Source: Aplysia californica
Lineage: Eukaryota
DNA length: 64,000 nt
Direction: 5' to 3'
Assembly (NCBI RefSeq): GCF_000002075.1
Contig: NW_004797660.1
Location: forward strand, 389,071 to 453,070
Shown here in pieces: positions 1-12,577 of the stretch; position 1 is the first letter of the stretch; each line of letters starts with the position of its first letter. The translations under genes and the position numbers were made by a program. The notes under the pieces are model-generated. The model worked only from the letters and a program-made list of their open reading frames with translations. It was not told the origin of the DNA and did no database searches.

Positions 1-1923
1 GTGATTAATGTATGATGGAAGTTACTGAGTTAATAGAAACTGACTTGAACGGCATAGAAACAGAAACACTACTAGAGTATGCTAGAAAACAAACTGAAAG
101 TGAGAAGCACAATGAACTGCTGGTCATGGCCTCTGGTACTTTAACCAAAGATTTTTACTTTCTACTAAGTTTCTACACACCCACACACAATATCGACGTG
201 CACTCGACCTGTAAATAATATGTAATAAGAACAGTACTGTATGATGGCAAAAAGTCAATTGATACGGTACCAATGACGCTGTCCCATGCAGATTAAGTCT
301 ACAATCAGATACTATACAAAGCTGGACAAAGTTAGCACACAACAGTTTTCCATCATTATGTTATCAAACGTTCTTCATCTCACTTCTCAGTTTTCAGACC
401 ACTGTGGTAACAAAGTGGGAAGTGTGTCAAATGCTAATTATAGAACTTGGTGTCTAGCTGGGGTGACGGTGGATAAGGGGAGGGAAGGGAGGGGGTAGGC
501 CCATTGTTTTCGGCCCAGACTCTGACGGCCGAGAGCCTATCGCTCCTCGTTATAATTCTCCTTATATATCTTCACTAGACGATTCCTCTTTTCGCCGGCT
601 AGACTCATATGGGCCAGGTACGTTGTTAGTGGGGAGAAAGCAATGAATAGTCACCAAACATGAACTATAGGTGGCTAAAAATTCAATAAACAAAAAAGAT
701 TAGTGCCATGCTGACAATGAATGTTCTGATGATAGTAGACAAAGGCTGGATGATAAGTACATGTATTGAGCTGATAAAATATTTTATGTGTCTGTGCTGC
801 TCAAGACTCAAGACAGTCTCATTACTGATTTTGTAAGCAACACGGAGGCCAATTTGGCAATCAAGGGCTGGTGCGATAAACAAAGGTGAAGGAATGAGGC
901 TCTGTCGCGACAAAACAGCAGTGAATCCCACTTGTCTATTTGAATGCGTTTAAATCGGCAAGGTGCTTTTTGAATGTTGATACATGTTTATTCGGATTTA
1001 CTTAAAACTGAATGAAAATCATCATCAGCAATAAATCTCTGACAAAAATTTGACCGCCACCGCCGGTCTTGCCCAGTTAACAAACCGCCCCTGCCTGTAG
1101 GCAAGTCTTTGGGTCCACAAATCAATTGAGAAATGCCTGCTGACCTCATCTTTTCTTTGCACTTCCAGGAAGAACTTGATCTCCTCTCTCGGCTCGAAGA
1201 CGCGACATACAACGTTTCCTTTCGATAACCATCGAACTTGAGTGTAGAAAAGCAGTGTTTCATGATCTGCACTCATGTCAAAACAGAGTTCCTTGAACAG
1301 TCGGGTATTTAGGGGGCTGTGTTTCACATAGTTGGCAATCTTAACAGTCGATTCCAACGTTTCCTTCAAAGTGGGATTGAGAGTCTTGCAAGCTAGTGCA
1401 TATATATCTATGTATCATGCAGTGAACGCCTTTTGCGTATGGTGCTTTGTCTTTCACTTTTACCTGAAAGCCCAACTTAGATCCCATCGTGGCTGGGGTA
1501 CCATCAGTACAAATACCACACACATTCTTTCACTCAAGACCCTCGTTTTCCAAAAAAGGAGGCTAACTTGTTCATGACATCATCAGCTGTTGTGGTGGTG
1601 TCCAGTGGGGTGCAAAAAAAAACCCCATTCTTCTTTCACATCTTTTCCCAACACGTATCTCGCAAAGACCAGTCACTGTGAGCAGGATGCCACATCAACT
1701 GATTCGTCAAGCTGGAACGAGAACTTGGGGGAAGCATTAGCCTCCTCTACAACCTGTTACTTAATAAATGTTTGAAGACATGCGTACAATACGCCTCTTG
1801 ACAGTATCATTTGAAAGGGGAACTTGCTGCAATTTCTGTGCACTAACCTCACCTAACATCAGCTGTGCCATCTTTATCGTGCAAAGCTTTATAAGTGTTT
1901 CTCCAATTGTGTGTGGTTTCTTT

Positions 1924-1927
<4 letters not shown>

Positions 1928-1983
<56 letters not shown>

Positions 1984-1985
1984 TC
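1928..1985. repeat. (CT)n microsatellite
   Basis: Directly visible. Confidence 0.95.
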
Positions 1986-2518
1986 CTTTTTTTTTCTCCT
2001 TTGTCAAATTTCCTGACATGGCCTTTCCTGCGTGTTTATTGTTCTGCCACGCAACAACATAGTTTTATAATGAATAGATTTTTTTTCTCAGCTAGGCCTA
2101 TGATCCTATTAGAGAAGACAAGCTAGATGCCTACATGGAATTAGAAAGAGACAATTATAGTGAAATGGAGTTTCCGTGATTTTTTTTTTACAGTGTCATC
2201 CCTTGGGTGTGGGTTAGATCTACGCCAGGGCCTAGAAGTCAGTAGGAGTACACAAATTAAACGCGGGCGAGACAGGTCTGGATGGAAATAGTACATGACT
2301 ACTATGCTTCCCCCTGTGAACCCGTTCTCCGAAGCCAGCACTCATGTAGCTCGTCATAAACGAGGCTTCAAGCTATTGTGCGTTGGCCTATGGTGAGGGT
2401 AAATTATACATTTTGAAAGAAAAGAAAACACTGCAAACCAAACCTATGATTGGCCCACATAAATAGACAGGGCAAACTGGTGTAGCCTTGTTGTTTCTCT
2501 TGCCTTGTTTAGAAGTTC

Positions 2519-2630
2519 AGGTGTATACCTTTTTTCTTATTTCAGCCAATTGAAGAGGTGTATACCTTTTTTCTTATTTCAGCCAATTGAAGAGGTGTAT
2601 ACCTTTTTTCTTATTTCCGCCAATTGAAGA
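2519..2630. repeat. Tandem repeat of about 37 bp, about 3 copies (aggtgtataccttttttcttatttcagccaattgaag)
   Basis: Directly visible. Confidence 0.85.
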
Positions 2631-2906
2631 GGGAACCGTATTTTGAAAATTGCCAGGGGAAGAAAAAGAGCAATGTTTTAGTTTTCAGAGGTCCATTTAG
2701 CACAAAATCCTCTATGATCTCGCGACCCCCCAAGAGAGGTCTGGCGACCCCCCGGGGGGTCGCGACCCACAGGTTGACAACCTCTGTTATAGTCAAAGGA
2801 GAGCAGGTTGTTTGAATTTGAGAACAATCTGACACCGCTGTTCGAACTTTTTTATGTTTTTGATGACCTTGACTGTAAGATGTTTTGCTTTTCATCTTAA
2901 ATGAAG

Positions 2907-3087
2907 GTCCCATTCCTGTCCATTGGAGAAGACATTGGACGTCGTTTCCCCGTGGCACGAGGGCGAAGTACGGTGAGCGGGGAGTATCTGGTAGAGGATG
3001 TGGAACTCAATGGGGGACAACTCTACCGCAGACTCATCTTTCTCGATAACAAGAACATAATCCAGTCAGAGGCCCGCCTGAAGCAAC
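2907..3087 (+). CDS. METTL13: METTL13 exon (VPFLSIG...QSEARLKQ)
   Basis: AG at 2905-2906, GTAAG at 3088; phase 0 to 1. Confidence 0.92.
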
Positions 3088-6000
3088 GTAAGACAAATAG
3101 TTGTTCATGCGTGTAGCCTCATTCCCCTCATAGAAGCCATACTGTTGAATGACTCTTATAGTGTTCTCCGATATGTTTAATGCCAGACGGAGTTGAACAT
3201 AGAGTAAGCCTGTCTGATTTTCTTCAGGTCTCCGAGATTTTTGCATCAATACCATTATAACATTGATCTCTGTCAGTTCCATGCAGTCTTTATTGTTGTT
3301 TTTTAACTAAGCTCTTTTTCTGAAAGGGGGTTTTCATCTCGTCAAGTTGAAAATTAAACGCACTCAGCATTGAAAGTTTTATCCGAGTATCCACAGAATT
3401 GTGAATGAAAGAAAGTGTGTTGCATTTCCTCACAGGTGTTGCCTATATGTTCTCTTTGAAGAACCAGGGAATGAAAAGAGGAAAAGAAGTCTACTTCTTC
3501 CAAGATTCTAAATTACCTGCAAGAGGGAAGAACTTGAGAACAAAGGGTAGAATATTGCAATGAAGAAGTCTTAAAATGGAATTATATGCAACTCTTGACA
3601 AGACATAAGATGACACAACGGGAATGCTTTCCTCGTGCTGACTGCGATGGGCATTTGCTGGTCTGCATGACCACTGTTAACTAAATCGTTATCATCAGAA
3701 GACACTGAATGTAGACCAGTACCTGAGTGCACCATTCATCTATCAACTGTCATTATGGAGCGATGCCTTCTGCTTCTACCACAGGTCTGACAAGTACTGC
3801 TAAATCGAAGAACGCTGATGGGATTTGTGTAAAACCGATTTTTTTTCTTGAATTCCATTTCCATTGGTGGTATGCCACCTATCGTAAATGACAGGAAAAT
3901 ACTGAGGTTTATATTGATTTATTTTACAATGTTGGCATGATGCATCATAAATGGTGTGAAAATACTCGTTTATTGATCTGCAGTACACGTGTATTTGTCA
4001 CAGTGGTATTATAACACAATCTTAATCTACTTTGGGGGCTCTCATGGTCTTGAGGTGAACGGTGTTCCTCTTTCATTCAGTAGGTACCGGGTTCGAAACC
4101 TGACAGCAACGGAAAATGTTCTTCTCTAAAATTCTATTGCTACTCTTTGGCTCCTTCTTACTGCTGTCTTTCAGCCACACCCCTGATCTTATGGTAAGTA
4201 AGATCTACACCTAGCCTTTTCGAATCAGGGTGAAAAATCTCGGAGGTCCCATGTGCAAACTGCGCACATTAACTCATTCGCTACGCCGAGGTGTGGGGGG
4301 CTGCGCGGCTAAAGTGCCGTCAGTACGCTAAGCCGCCCCCAGTGGCGCGAGAACCGATCTTCAATTTTAGTTTAGATTCTATTCCAATCCACATATCCAT
4401 GTTAAAATAAAGGTCATGATATAATGTTGACTTCCGGGTCAAGTATTTCCACTGAAAATCGGAAATTTAGATTCAGTTTTGAAACGCGATTTCGTAGTTT
4501 ATTCAACTTTGTTTTATCGCAATGCCAAAATTGTAGCCCGGACACCAGTCTTAGTAATTTTACACAACAAAACCTATCATTATTTTGCCCAGTAAAGAAT
4601 GGTAGGGCTATTTTTTATAATATTGATACGATTGGACTCATATTGCCAATGCACTGTTATTGAGAAATCAGTATTTTTGAGTGCTAGATCTAGGTCTAGA
4701 TCTAAATAGTCAAATATTTTTTTCTCCCCAAAATCACTACTTTTTGATGAAATTACACAAAAAGTGCCACTCAAGACATGTATAGGTTTATTCCAAATGC
4801 AATTCTGAATAATTCCATATAAGATACGAGCGGGGTTTTTTCTGTTTGTGATCGTTTTTCAAGATTATAAAAAAATTTTTTTTTTCAATATCGGATGTTA
4901 TGTTCAAAATGTACAAATATTATGGAATGTAGGTAAATAACTGCAAACTTTTCAATATTTTCCAGTTCTATATTCATTTATGGTTATTTTGATGTATCAT
5001 TTGACTTGGTGCAAACATATTTTTTGAGTTTCACCAAAGATTATAAATTTTTTATTTTCAAATTTTATCCGCATCCAATCAAAACTGTGTTGCATAATCG
5101 ACTCTTACAGAAACCAAAGTTGAAAAATACATAAATAAACATTACAGATGTATTCTACAAACCATACTGAAAATATTGGTATATAATACGTTGATATTTA
5201 TTTGAATTTGTGGCCCCAAAGACCTTTTAACTGCCCACTAGTCATCATCTCTTTCGCTCTCCCGAAAAAAAATTCTTCCACAAGCCGAAAATAATACGTA
5301 GCGAATGAGTTAAAGATCCCTTGGTGGTCCCTAAAACGATTAAAGTAGGCTTCGGCGGCCACCTGGGCAAAATTCAAAATTCTTGCCAAACTGAAATGTT
5401 TAACCCCTTCACTGCCAGCTATGAGCTACATAGCTGTGCAGGGGAAAACTGCTCCAATTACTACAAGCGTCACATAGAGCCTCTAACTCAGAAACTCAAT
5501 TGAAATCATTATCATCACTGTAAGCCATTGCGAAAAGCAAAAAAATACCAAAACGTAAACACAACTCAGAACGTCAACACTTCACTTCTTCATAACAATG
5601 AAAATGACGCTCAGATTCACGGGAGACTACTGTAATATCAATGAGGATTAGTCGTGACACAGTTTGTCCCTTCAAACAGTGGAAAATTACACTAAAAATG
5701 GCTCAGGGAAGCACTTCTTGGCCCGCTGAATCAGCAGGCTGGGGCAGTGAAGGGGTTAATGTGTCCCACGCACTCATATGACCTTATGCAGTTGTGAACG
5801 CTGTAAATCACTTACCAAAACAAATTATCTACTGGGGGTTTGGAGACTCATCCCCCCCCCCCCCACCCCAAACTCTTATTTTTGGTCATGGAAAGGTTGG
5901 CAAGTCTGCAATTATGTATTTTTCCCCACCTTCCCCAGCTCGCAAGAAAAAGAAGCGCCGCCAGAAGGGCTCCACAGATGTTCCCAGTGAAGGCCCCCCT

Positions 6001-9000
6001 GATAAGCTGAGAGTGGATAAAGGTTATCTCCCCAGTGACTATCTCATTGCATTTGTTGGTGGATTGGCATTTTTGCCGAAATTGGGTAAGAATACTCATT
6101 ATAACTATGTTTTGACAACTTCAAATTTCTTTTTACAAGGAATGAAACAAAGTATTTCCTTTAGTTTTAATAAGAGTTTTATGGAATTTGCAACACAGAT
6201 GTAACTATATAAGTGTTGAAAATTAGAGGTGTAACTAGAAAGTAGCATACAAAGAAAAGGAGGAGCAATAAGACAAGAACAGCAGATGTGTCATTGGAAA
6301 GAAGAAACAAGCCACACCACAGCACTCGCAAACCAAACACAAATACTCCCAGACTCCCTGCAAGATGAATAAAGATTGTCATTGTCGTTGTCTTTGTCAA
6401 AATACACCGTTTACTCAAAGTATATGTTCCTAATTGAAATCTTCAGTTTGTTTAGCTTTTTTTTCTTGAGAAAAGGGGAATGGGGGGGCTCTATAAAGAG
6501 AAGAAAAGCCTTTCCAATGTGCAGGGATCGTTAAGCAGTCATTAAGATTTTTGTCTCTCTTCAATCTTTTCAGATTCTCAGATATCATGTTTGTTGGTTG
6601 GCCTTGGAGGAGGAGGACTACCGTGTTTCCTGCATGATGCCTGGACTACAGTAAGCTTGTGTCCCAGCCAATGGCTGCGCTTTGTCTTCACTTTTTTATC
6701 ACTCTTTCATTCTTATTCTGTACTTTTGTTTTGGGGGGTTCATCATTCTGACCCAGCTTCGTCACCAGTGATGTTATTGCTACTGTTTTACTGCCTGTTG
6801 TGAAATCCTCAATATTTTGCTTTAACAGATTCAGCCCGCAGAGCTGCTCACAGCGGCTGACTGTCTCCTGTGTTTTGACGCAGAGCTGCTCACAGCGGCT
6901 GACTGTGTCCTGTGTTTTGACGCAGAGCTGCTCACAGCAGCTGACTGTCTCCTGTGTTTTGACGCAGAGCTGCTCACAGCGGCTGACTGTGTCCTGTGTT
7001 TTGACGCAGCGCTGCTCACAGCGGCTGACTGTGTCCTGTGTTTTGACGCAGCGCTGCTCACAGCGGCTGACTGTGTCCTGTGTTTTGACGCAGAGCTGCT
7101 CACAGCGGCTGACTGTGTCCTGTGTTTTGACGCAGCGCTGCTCACAGCGGCTGACTGTGTCCTGTGTTTTGACGCAGCGCTGCTCACAGCGGCTGACTGT
7201 GTCCTGTGTTTTGACGCAGCGCTGCTCACAGCGGCTGACTGTGTCCTGTGTTTTGACGCAGAGCTGCTCACAGCGGCTGACTGTCTCCTGTGTTTTGACG
7301 CAGAGCTGCTCACAGCGGCTGACTGTCTCCTGTGTTTTGACGCAGAGCTGCTCACAGCGGCTGACTGTGTCCTGTGCTCAGAGAAGCTTTGTCTATTGCT
7401 CCCTTTCTTTACACCACTTTCCTCTCGTCTTTTTTCCTGACCGCTTACATTTCTACTCTGCTTTCTTGTGTCATTGAATAGTTTTTTAAATTCTAAACAT
7501 TTCTATGTGCCACACATGTGGTTTTATCAAATTTTGATATTTCTTATACACTTTTTGTGAGACGACCTGTGAGGTCACAAATTATTTGCATCGGGAGTCA
7601 AAATTATTTGCAGTCAAAATTGTCTGCGGGCTGAATCAGTTAATCTTAAGAAAAAATTCTGTTCACTCGAATTTCAACTGTACACTCATTTATTTAGAAC
7701 CTTTTGGTTCTTTTTAAAAAGGGCTGATTAGTTTGTCAGACTGATAGTAGCCTACATTTCCTGTTTCATGTGTGAAAAGACTTTCCAATGTGCAGGGATT
7801 GTTAGGCAGTCATTAAGATTTTTGTCTCTCTTCAATCTTCTCAGATTCTGCGGGAAGATATAATTGTACATTTCTTGTTCCATCTGTAGAAATGGAGGTT
7901 ATATCATTTTTTGTCATCAGTACAAAATATTGTGCCACTTATATATTTGAATTATATCAATTCTCTTAAAGTTTTGTGTCTTAAATTTGTTACGTTAAAT
8001 TCAAGTGAAAAATGAATTGTTTTCCAAGTACCACACCTTTTTTTTAGATGTCAATAGAAGCTGTGGAGTTGGACCCGTCTGTCGTGGAGGTGGCCAGAGA
8101 CTTCTTTGATCTTGTGCCTGACGACAGCGACCGGCTGAGAGTGACTGTGGCAGATGGACTTGATGTTGTTAGGACGCTCGCTTCTCAAGGTTTGGATGTT
8201 TGTGTAGTTCATGAAGTAAAATCTAAATGATGTGTGTTGATACAGTTGAAGCTGGGGTCTGCTTGGATAGTGAACAGGTGTTTGTAATGATGTTTGCTCA
8301 ACAATGACATTTGGGTCAAGTCTGTGTGCAATGACATCTGCCTTACCCCCAGAAGGAGTATGCTGAAACTCTGAGAGAGAAGAAGAGAATAAAGGGGAAA
8401 AGTACAGAGTTGCAATGAAATTACTGAAAGTACTACAAAGTGTCTGTGTAATGTGTAACTTGGAGTTGGTACTTTTATGATAAGACTAAAGGCGAGTGTT
8501 CAAGCTATCCATGGTGTCTTGTGTTTTACTTTTTGTGTGGACTCACTGTGACTTAATCAGAATAAGGTATGAATTTGGGGAACCTGAGATTACATGTGCA
8601 GATAATGGAGGACTAGTCCTAGACATGTTTGTGCTACTCGAGGTCTACTCTGATTTTTTTTTTACTGCTGGCATTAGGCTTAATCTTTGTCCTCTTTGAG
8701 ACGTAGAGCATATTGTTCAGTGCTTGCACTCTTCCGTATTTTTACGGAAATCCGTACTTTCTGCCAGTTCCGTACTTGTTCCTCCATCATTATCAACTCC
8801 CTCCGTAAAAATCTGCGACAGCGTAGGACTACGGAAATTGCGTAGCAAAAGATCCGTACTCGCCTTTGTGTCGTCTTGTATAGTATAAGTTACGGATATT
8901 TACGGTAATTCTCTCGGCAATAGTTTGTTATGGTATAGAAACCTGCCAGGTTGCGCATTTCCTGCCATCGGCCATTAGTCCGCTATGCCCCATGCATTCA

Positions 9001-12000
9001 TTGCGGGTTGGTCGGCAGTACCTTTTTTTACCTGCAGATTGATCAAATTCTGGCGAACTTTTTGTGCCTCTCTCCTCCCTTCTGTCATTCCCTCCTCATT
9101 CCTTCTGTCTTCAGATTGTTGCCGCGGCTGGAAAATCTGCGCGTTGATCAAGTAAATTGACTTGTGATCTCAGAAAATTACTGTCAGAAAGAAACTGTTT
9201 TAAAACAGATTTATTGTCTAGATCTAGAGAAATTATCAGCGCGAAGATTCTACGGCACGGGAACGCGATAAGGGCCGCGGTGAAAGAAATTTGTGCTAAA
9301 ACTACTAAAATCAAGAACAATTCAAAGTGGTGTTCCGAGGTTGTGACATGCGACATTCAGACGTGAAAATTGAGGAAAATTAGGGTATATGCTGGGTAAC
9401 TGTATTGTGAAGGTACATATTATCTTTTCATTATTCTCAGGTTTGCCTTCTATCAATGGTGCGATGACAAATTAATTGAATTATAGTAGCAATGGAAGGG
9501 GAACCTGCTTTTAAACATTGCCAGCAATGAAAAGATATGTGTGAAGAAATCAAACAAGACAAAATCTTGGTGAATTAAATAAGTAGTATGGGCTGTTGGC
9601 TATCTCTTCAAACAGACTCCCAAATGCCATTTTCAACCCTCTAAAAGTACTAAATTTCAATTTCTTAGGGGGCCTCGCCCCCTGGACCCCCACCGGAACG
9701 CTGTCCCTGGACCCTGCTGCGGCCCCCAGACCCCCCCCCCGCAGAATTTTCTTTACTTTTCAGCTTCAGCTGGTGGAAGCACTGATTGTTGATATTGTTC
9801 TCTTGTTGACCTTTTTCAATCATACTATCAGATGTATTGTTGTTACTTATCCATCAGCTATGAGGCTGGTGCCCTTTAGCTCAGTAACGTGTGTATTTTT
9901 TTAATTTTATGGTAAACACAAAATGTGTTCTTTTTCTTTTTTTTAAATTTTTTTTATGAAGGTGAAAAACGGGATGTGATTATCATTGATGTTGACAGCA
10001 AAGACAACTCTGTTGGTTTGAGCTGCCCACCTTTGGCATTTGTGGAAAAGGACTTCCTTGAGGCTATTGGTTCTTTGCTCAGTCCTGAAGGTAGGTTGCT
10101 GTGTTGGCTGAATGCCACTGTTAGGTTTTATATAACCTTTTATGATAACAGTGAGCCTAAGAGTAAGACTCTACTCTTCATTTTCAATCTGTGACAGTTG
10201 ATCTAGGTGTTTGACTGAATTCTTTTTTTTATTTTTAGAAAGAACTGAAATTTTTATATTTTTCTTATGGGTCTGAATCATAATGCACCATCAACTACAA
10301 TGGTAGAATGCTTTACTTCACTATGAACGCGGTACAAATATATTTGTGTACCTGAGTTGCTCCAGTTCTGGTAGAGATTCATTTTACAGTTCCTTGGGCA
10401 GCCAGTATCATCTATCTAGGTGTTCTATCTTTTAGAAAGCACAGCCGGGAGAAGTGGGGGCTTGTAGTGCAGGGTTCCTACCTAGCATGCAGCAGGAGAG
10501 GGATACTTGCCATGCCACAGACGTTATTTCAGGGTCCCCACCATATCCTGGAAATTTTTTTCAAGACCCCCACATTTTTTTTCAGATCCCAATTCGAGGG
10601 AAAAAAGAGGCCGCTGCTCATCAAGAATGATCCCTGAAAGTCCATCTGTCAGTGATAAAAAGTCAAAATGTCTTTAAATGAATGCAAATGTACATTTTGT
10701 AGTATAGTCTTCAAACTATAGATGATTATAATACTGGGTGACTGCCAACCCAGCTTCTCAATTTTCCAGGGGCATGTTACATAATAGTGACAGCGCGTGC
10801 TCCATTTATATCTAATATAATATATGTATATGTTTGTGAATACACACACACAACATACACACACACACGTGCCCGCGTAGGTACATTATATCCAGTCAAT
10901 AACATGTCAGTGTGGCACTGAGATCTTGTGTGACTTAAGTATTTCTGTCTGTTTTTACTTATTTATATTTTCCCCTCATCATATTAGCCTACATGATGAA
11001 TCCTGTTTTGAGCCTGAGAAAAGAACTAGAACCAGAATATCGACCAGTGTGGGTGTCATGATTCATATAATAAATGTGACAAAGAAAACTAGTCCTCAAA
11101 CTCCAAGTAGAGTAATATTAGTAAATAACTTGAATGGCTCAAGTAGACCTACTCAGTGTGAGAGGTGTAAGAACTGAGGGAGGGCAAGATGCAGTGACAC
11201 TGAAAAATCTGCCAATCTTGAACAGAAAGCTAAAATTTAGATATACTATCACCCGATCCAATGAAACACGAACACTTAAGTTCAATAACAAGGCATGACA
11301 GATCCCGATTCCACACAAGTCCTGCACCAACGCGAGCTTTACAGAGAGCTCTTATAGTAGCCATCAAAATTCTAAATACAAAAAATTTGCTTCTAAGTTC
11401 AGTTTGAGTCCTCTAGCGTTGCTTCAGCCCCCCCCCCAAATCCCTTTCCCCCGAGTGTATCTTTTTTTAAAAAAATCAATAACCCCCCACATTCCGGAGT
11501 CCTATACTTCACAGCACTCAGATCGCCGGTATTCACACGATGCCTTATCATATGGTGCGAACGCGCAGGTTCACTGACCGGTCACGATGGCGAGCCTAAC
11601 AAGATGCTTGTATAACTTTCTTTTCTTTTTTTTTTTTTTCACAAGTGACAGCACAGAACAAATATTGATTTATTTTCATGGCGACACAGCAGTTGTAATG
11701 CACAACCTTCATGTTACAATGTTGCGTTATCTATCAGACTTATTACCAGAAAATTTCTGGGCGGTAACAAAAGTGAAAGTAGATCTTGATTCTTCCCGAT
11801 CGAGCTTCAATGTCACACATACACTTTCACCTACCGCCATAGCGGTTCAATTATGCTTCCTCTTCCTGATTCATCAACCATACTGTCTAGATAGCTACAC
11901 TACTAATATTACACAGGCCCTATCCTTTCCCGACCTCCCGACCCATCACAAAATTCCAGACTTTTTCCCGATTTCCCGACCTGGTGGGGACTCTGTTACT

Positions 12001-12577
12001 TGTTCACCATATGCCAGAATGTTTGCAAACACTTTCGGTATGGTACTGTGAAAGTGTGATAGGTTTTTTCGAAGCATGTTCACAGGCTCGGGTATTTGAG
12101 GTACAGAAGAAATTCCTTACTTAAGTCAATTTGATCATTGGCCAGACCCCCTGCCCCTTTATTTAAAAAAAAAATCATAATCTCTGCACTCACTATCCAC
12201 CATCATACTATGCATGTACCTCAGATTGGAGCTAACTAGTCTGATTTGACTACCGAACCCCTGCAACCCTCAGAAAAAAATAACTTTAATCCTCAGGCAT
12301 TTTCCTCCTCAACCTAGCGAGTCGTGATGAGGAACTGGGAAAGAGTGTGCTCGACAGGATTGCCCTGACCTTCACCTCTTGCGGGAGTCTTAAACTGGAA
12401 GAGGATGTGAACACAATTGTCTACGCTGCCCACTGCACCAGCTCTTCCCCTGCCTGGCAGCGGGAGAATCTTGATGCAGCATGGAGAGAGATGGATGCCA
12501 AGATCCGTAAAGTGTGGCCGGATACAAATGTTGAGCTGCAAGATATGATGAGTGGACTCACGCTGCCTGACACATGA
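2907..12577 (+). CDS. METTL13: eEF1A lysine and N-terminal methyltransferase METTL13, 3' part (6 exons: 2907-3087, 5939-6085, 6574-6650, 8048-8189, 9962-10090, 12297-12577); 5' exons outside window
   Basis: Spliced peptide [11 protein letters not shown]...[18 protein letters not shown]...[10 protein letters not shown]...AVELDPSV...[18 protein letters not shown]...GIFLLNL matches the recalled METTL13 C-terminal spermidine-synthase-like methyltransferase domain; all junctions are GT-AG and phase-compatible; TGA ends at 12577. Confidence 0.95.
4273..5309. mobile_element. Non-autonomous piggyBac-like element
   Basis: Perfect 13-bp TIR CTCATTCGCTACG; TTAA on both sides. Confidence 0.88.
5404..5755. 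mobile_element. piggyBac-like MITE
   Basis: Perfect 13-bp TIR CCCCTTCACTGCC; TTAA on both sides. Confidence 0.88.
5939..6085 (+). CDS. METTL13: METTL13 exon (RKKKKRRQK...GGLAFLPKL)
   Basis: ttccccAG acceptor, GTAAG donor; polybasic stretch and VDKGYL motif. Confidence 0.9.
6574..6650 (+). CDS. METTL13: METTL13 exon with SAM-binding motif I ([10 protein letters not shown])
   Basis: ttttcAG acceptor, GTAAGC donor; phase 1 to 0. Confidence 0.9.
6838..7377. repeat. 42-bp minisatellite, about 13 near-identical copies, in a METTL13 intron
   Basis: Unit gcagagctgctcacagcggctgactgtgtcctgtgttttgac. Confidence 0.95.
8048..8189 (+). CDS. METTL13: METTL13 exon ([10 protein letters not shown]...ADGLDVV)
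   Basis: ttttttAG acceptor, GTTTGG donor; post-I motif VELD. Confidence 0.9.
8718..9784 (+). mobile_element. Non-autonomous DNA transposon with CAGTGCTT termini and 6-bp TSD
   Basis: TIR cagtgcttgcac / gtggaagcactg; TSD attgtt; sister copy at 28640-30279. Confidence 0.85.
9962..10090 (+). CDS. METTL13: METTL13 exon ([11 protein letters not shown]...LSPE)
   Basis: AG acceptor and GTAGG donor; DVDSKD and SCPP motifs. Confidence 0.92.
10530..11995 (+). mobile_element. Non-autonomous DNA transposon with CAGGGTCCCCACCA termini and probable 6-bp TSD
   Basis: TIR cagggtccccacca / tggtggggactctg; flanks ttattt / ttactt; subterminal ttcccga repeats. Confidence 0.75.
12297..12577 (+). CDS. METTL13: METTL13 terminal coding exon ([10 protein letters not shown]...LPDT*)
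   Basis: cctcAG acceptor, phase 1, ends TGA. Confidence 0.9.

Larger units (their letters stand above)
1094..2786 (-). mobile_element. Truncated hAT (Charlie/Buster-type) DNA transposon with decayed transposase at about 1094-1920
   Basis: Frameshifted peptides PHTIGETLIK, LSNDTVKRRI, QLDES.D, ICTDG.PA..G, HCMIHR, LLFYTQVRWLSKG. Charlie-like terminus CAGAGGTTGTCAACCTGTGGGTCGCGACCCC at 2786, flanked by ttaTAgtc. Confidence 0.85.
4032..5826 (+). mobile_element. tRNA-headed Nin/Deu-domain SINE, interrupted by two TTAA MITEs
   Basis: Colinear with the intact copy at 34375-34907 once the inserts are removed; TSD atctact at 4025-4031 and 5827-5833. Confidence 0.85.

Noticed and set aside
519-617. 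99-nt exon-like segment (cccAG...GTACGT, open as DSDGREPIAP...)
   Set aside because: It is open only as phase 1-1 whereas the next METTL13 exon needs phase 0, it has a stop in phase 0, and it shows no similarity to the expected METTL13 peptide
1040-1093. Possible second hAT-like terminus (CAGGGGCGG on the - strand) interrupting the transposase
   Set aside because: No partner terminus or TSD found in the window, so not called as an element
6800-7477. 225-aa and 174-aa repetitive ORFs
   Set aside because: Artefacts of the 42-bp minisatellite
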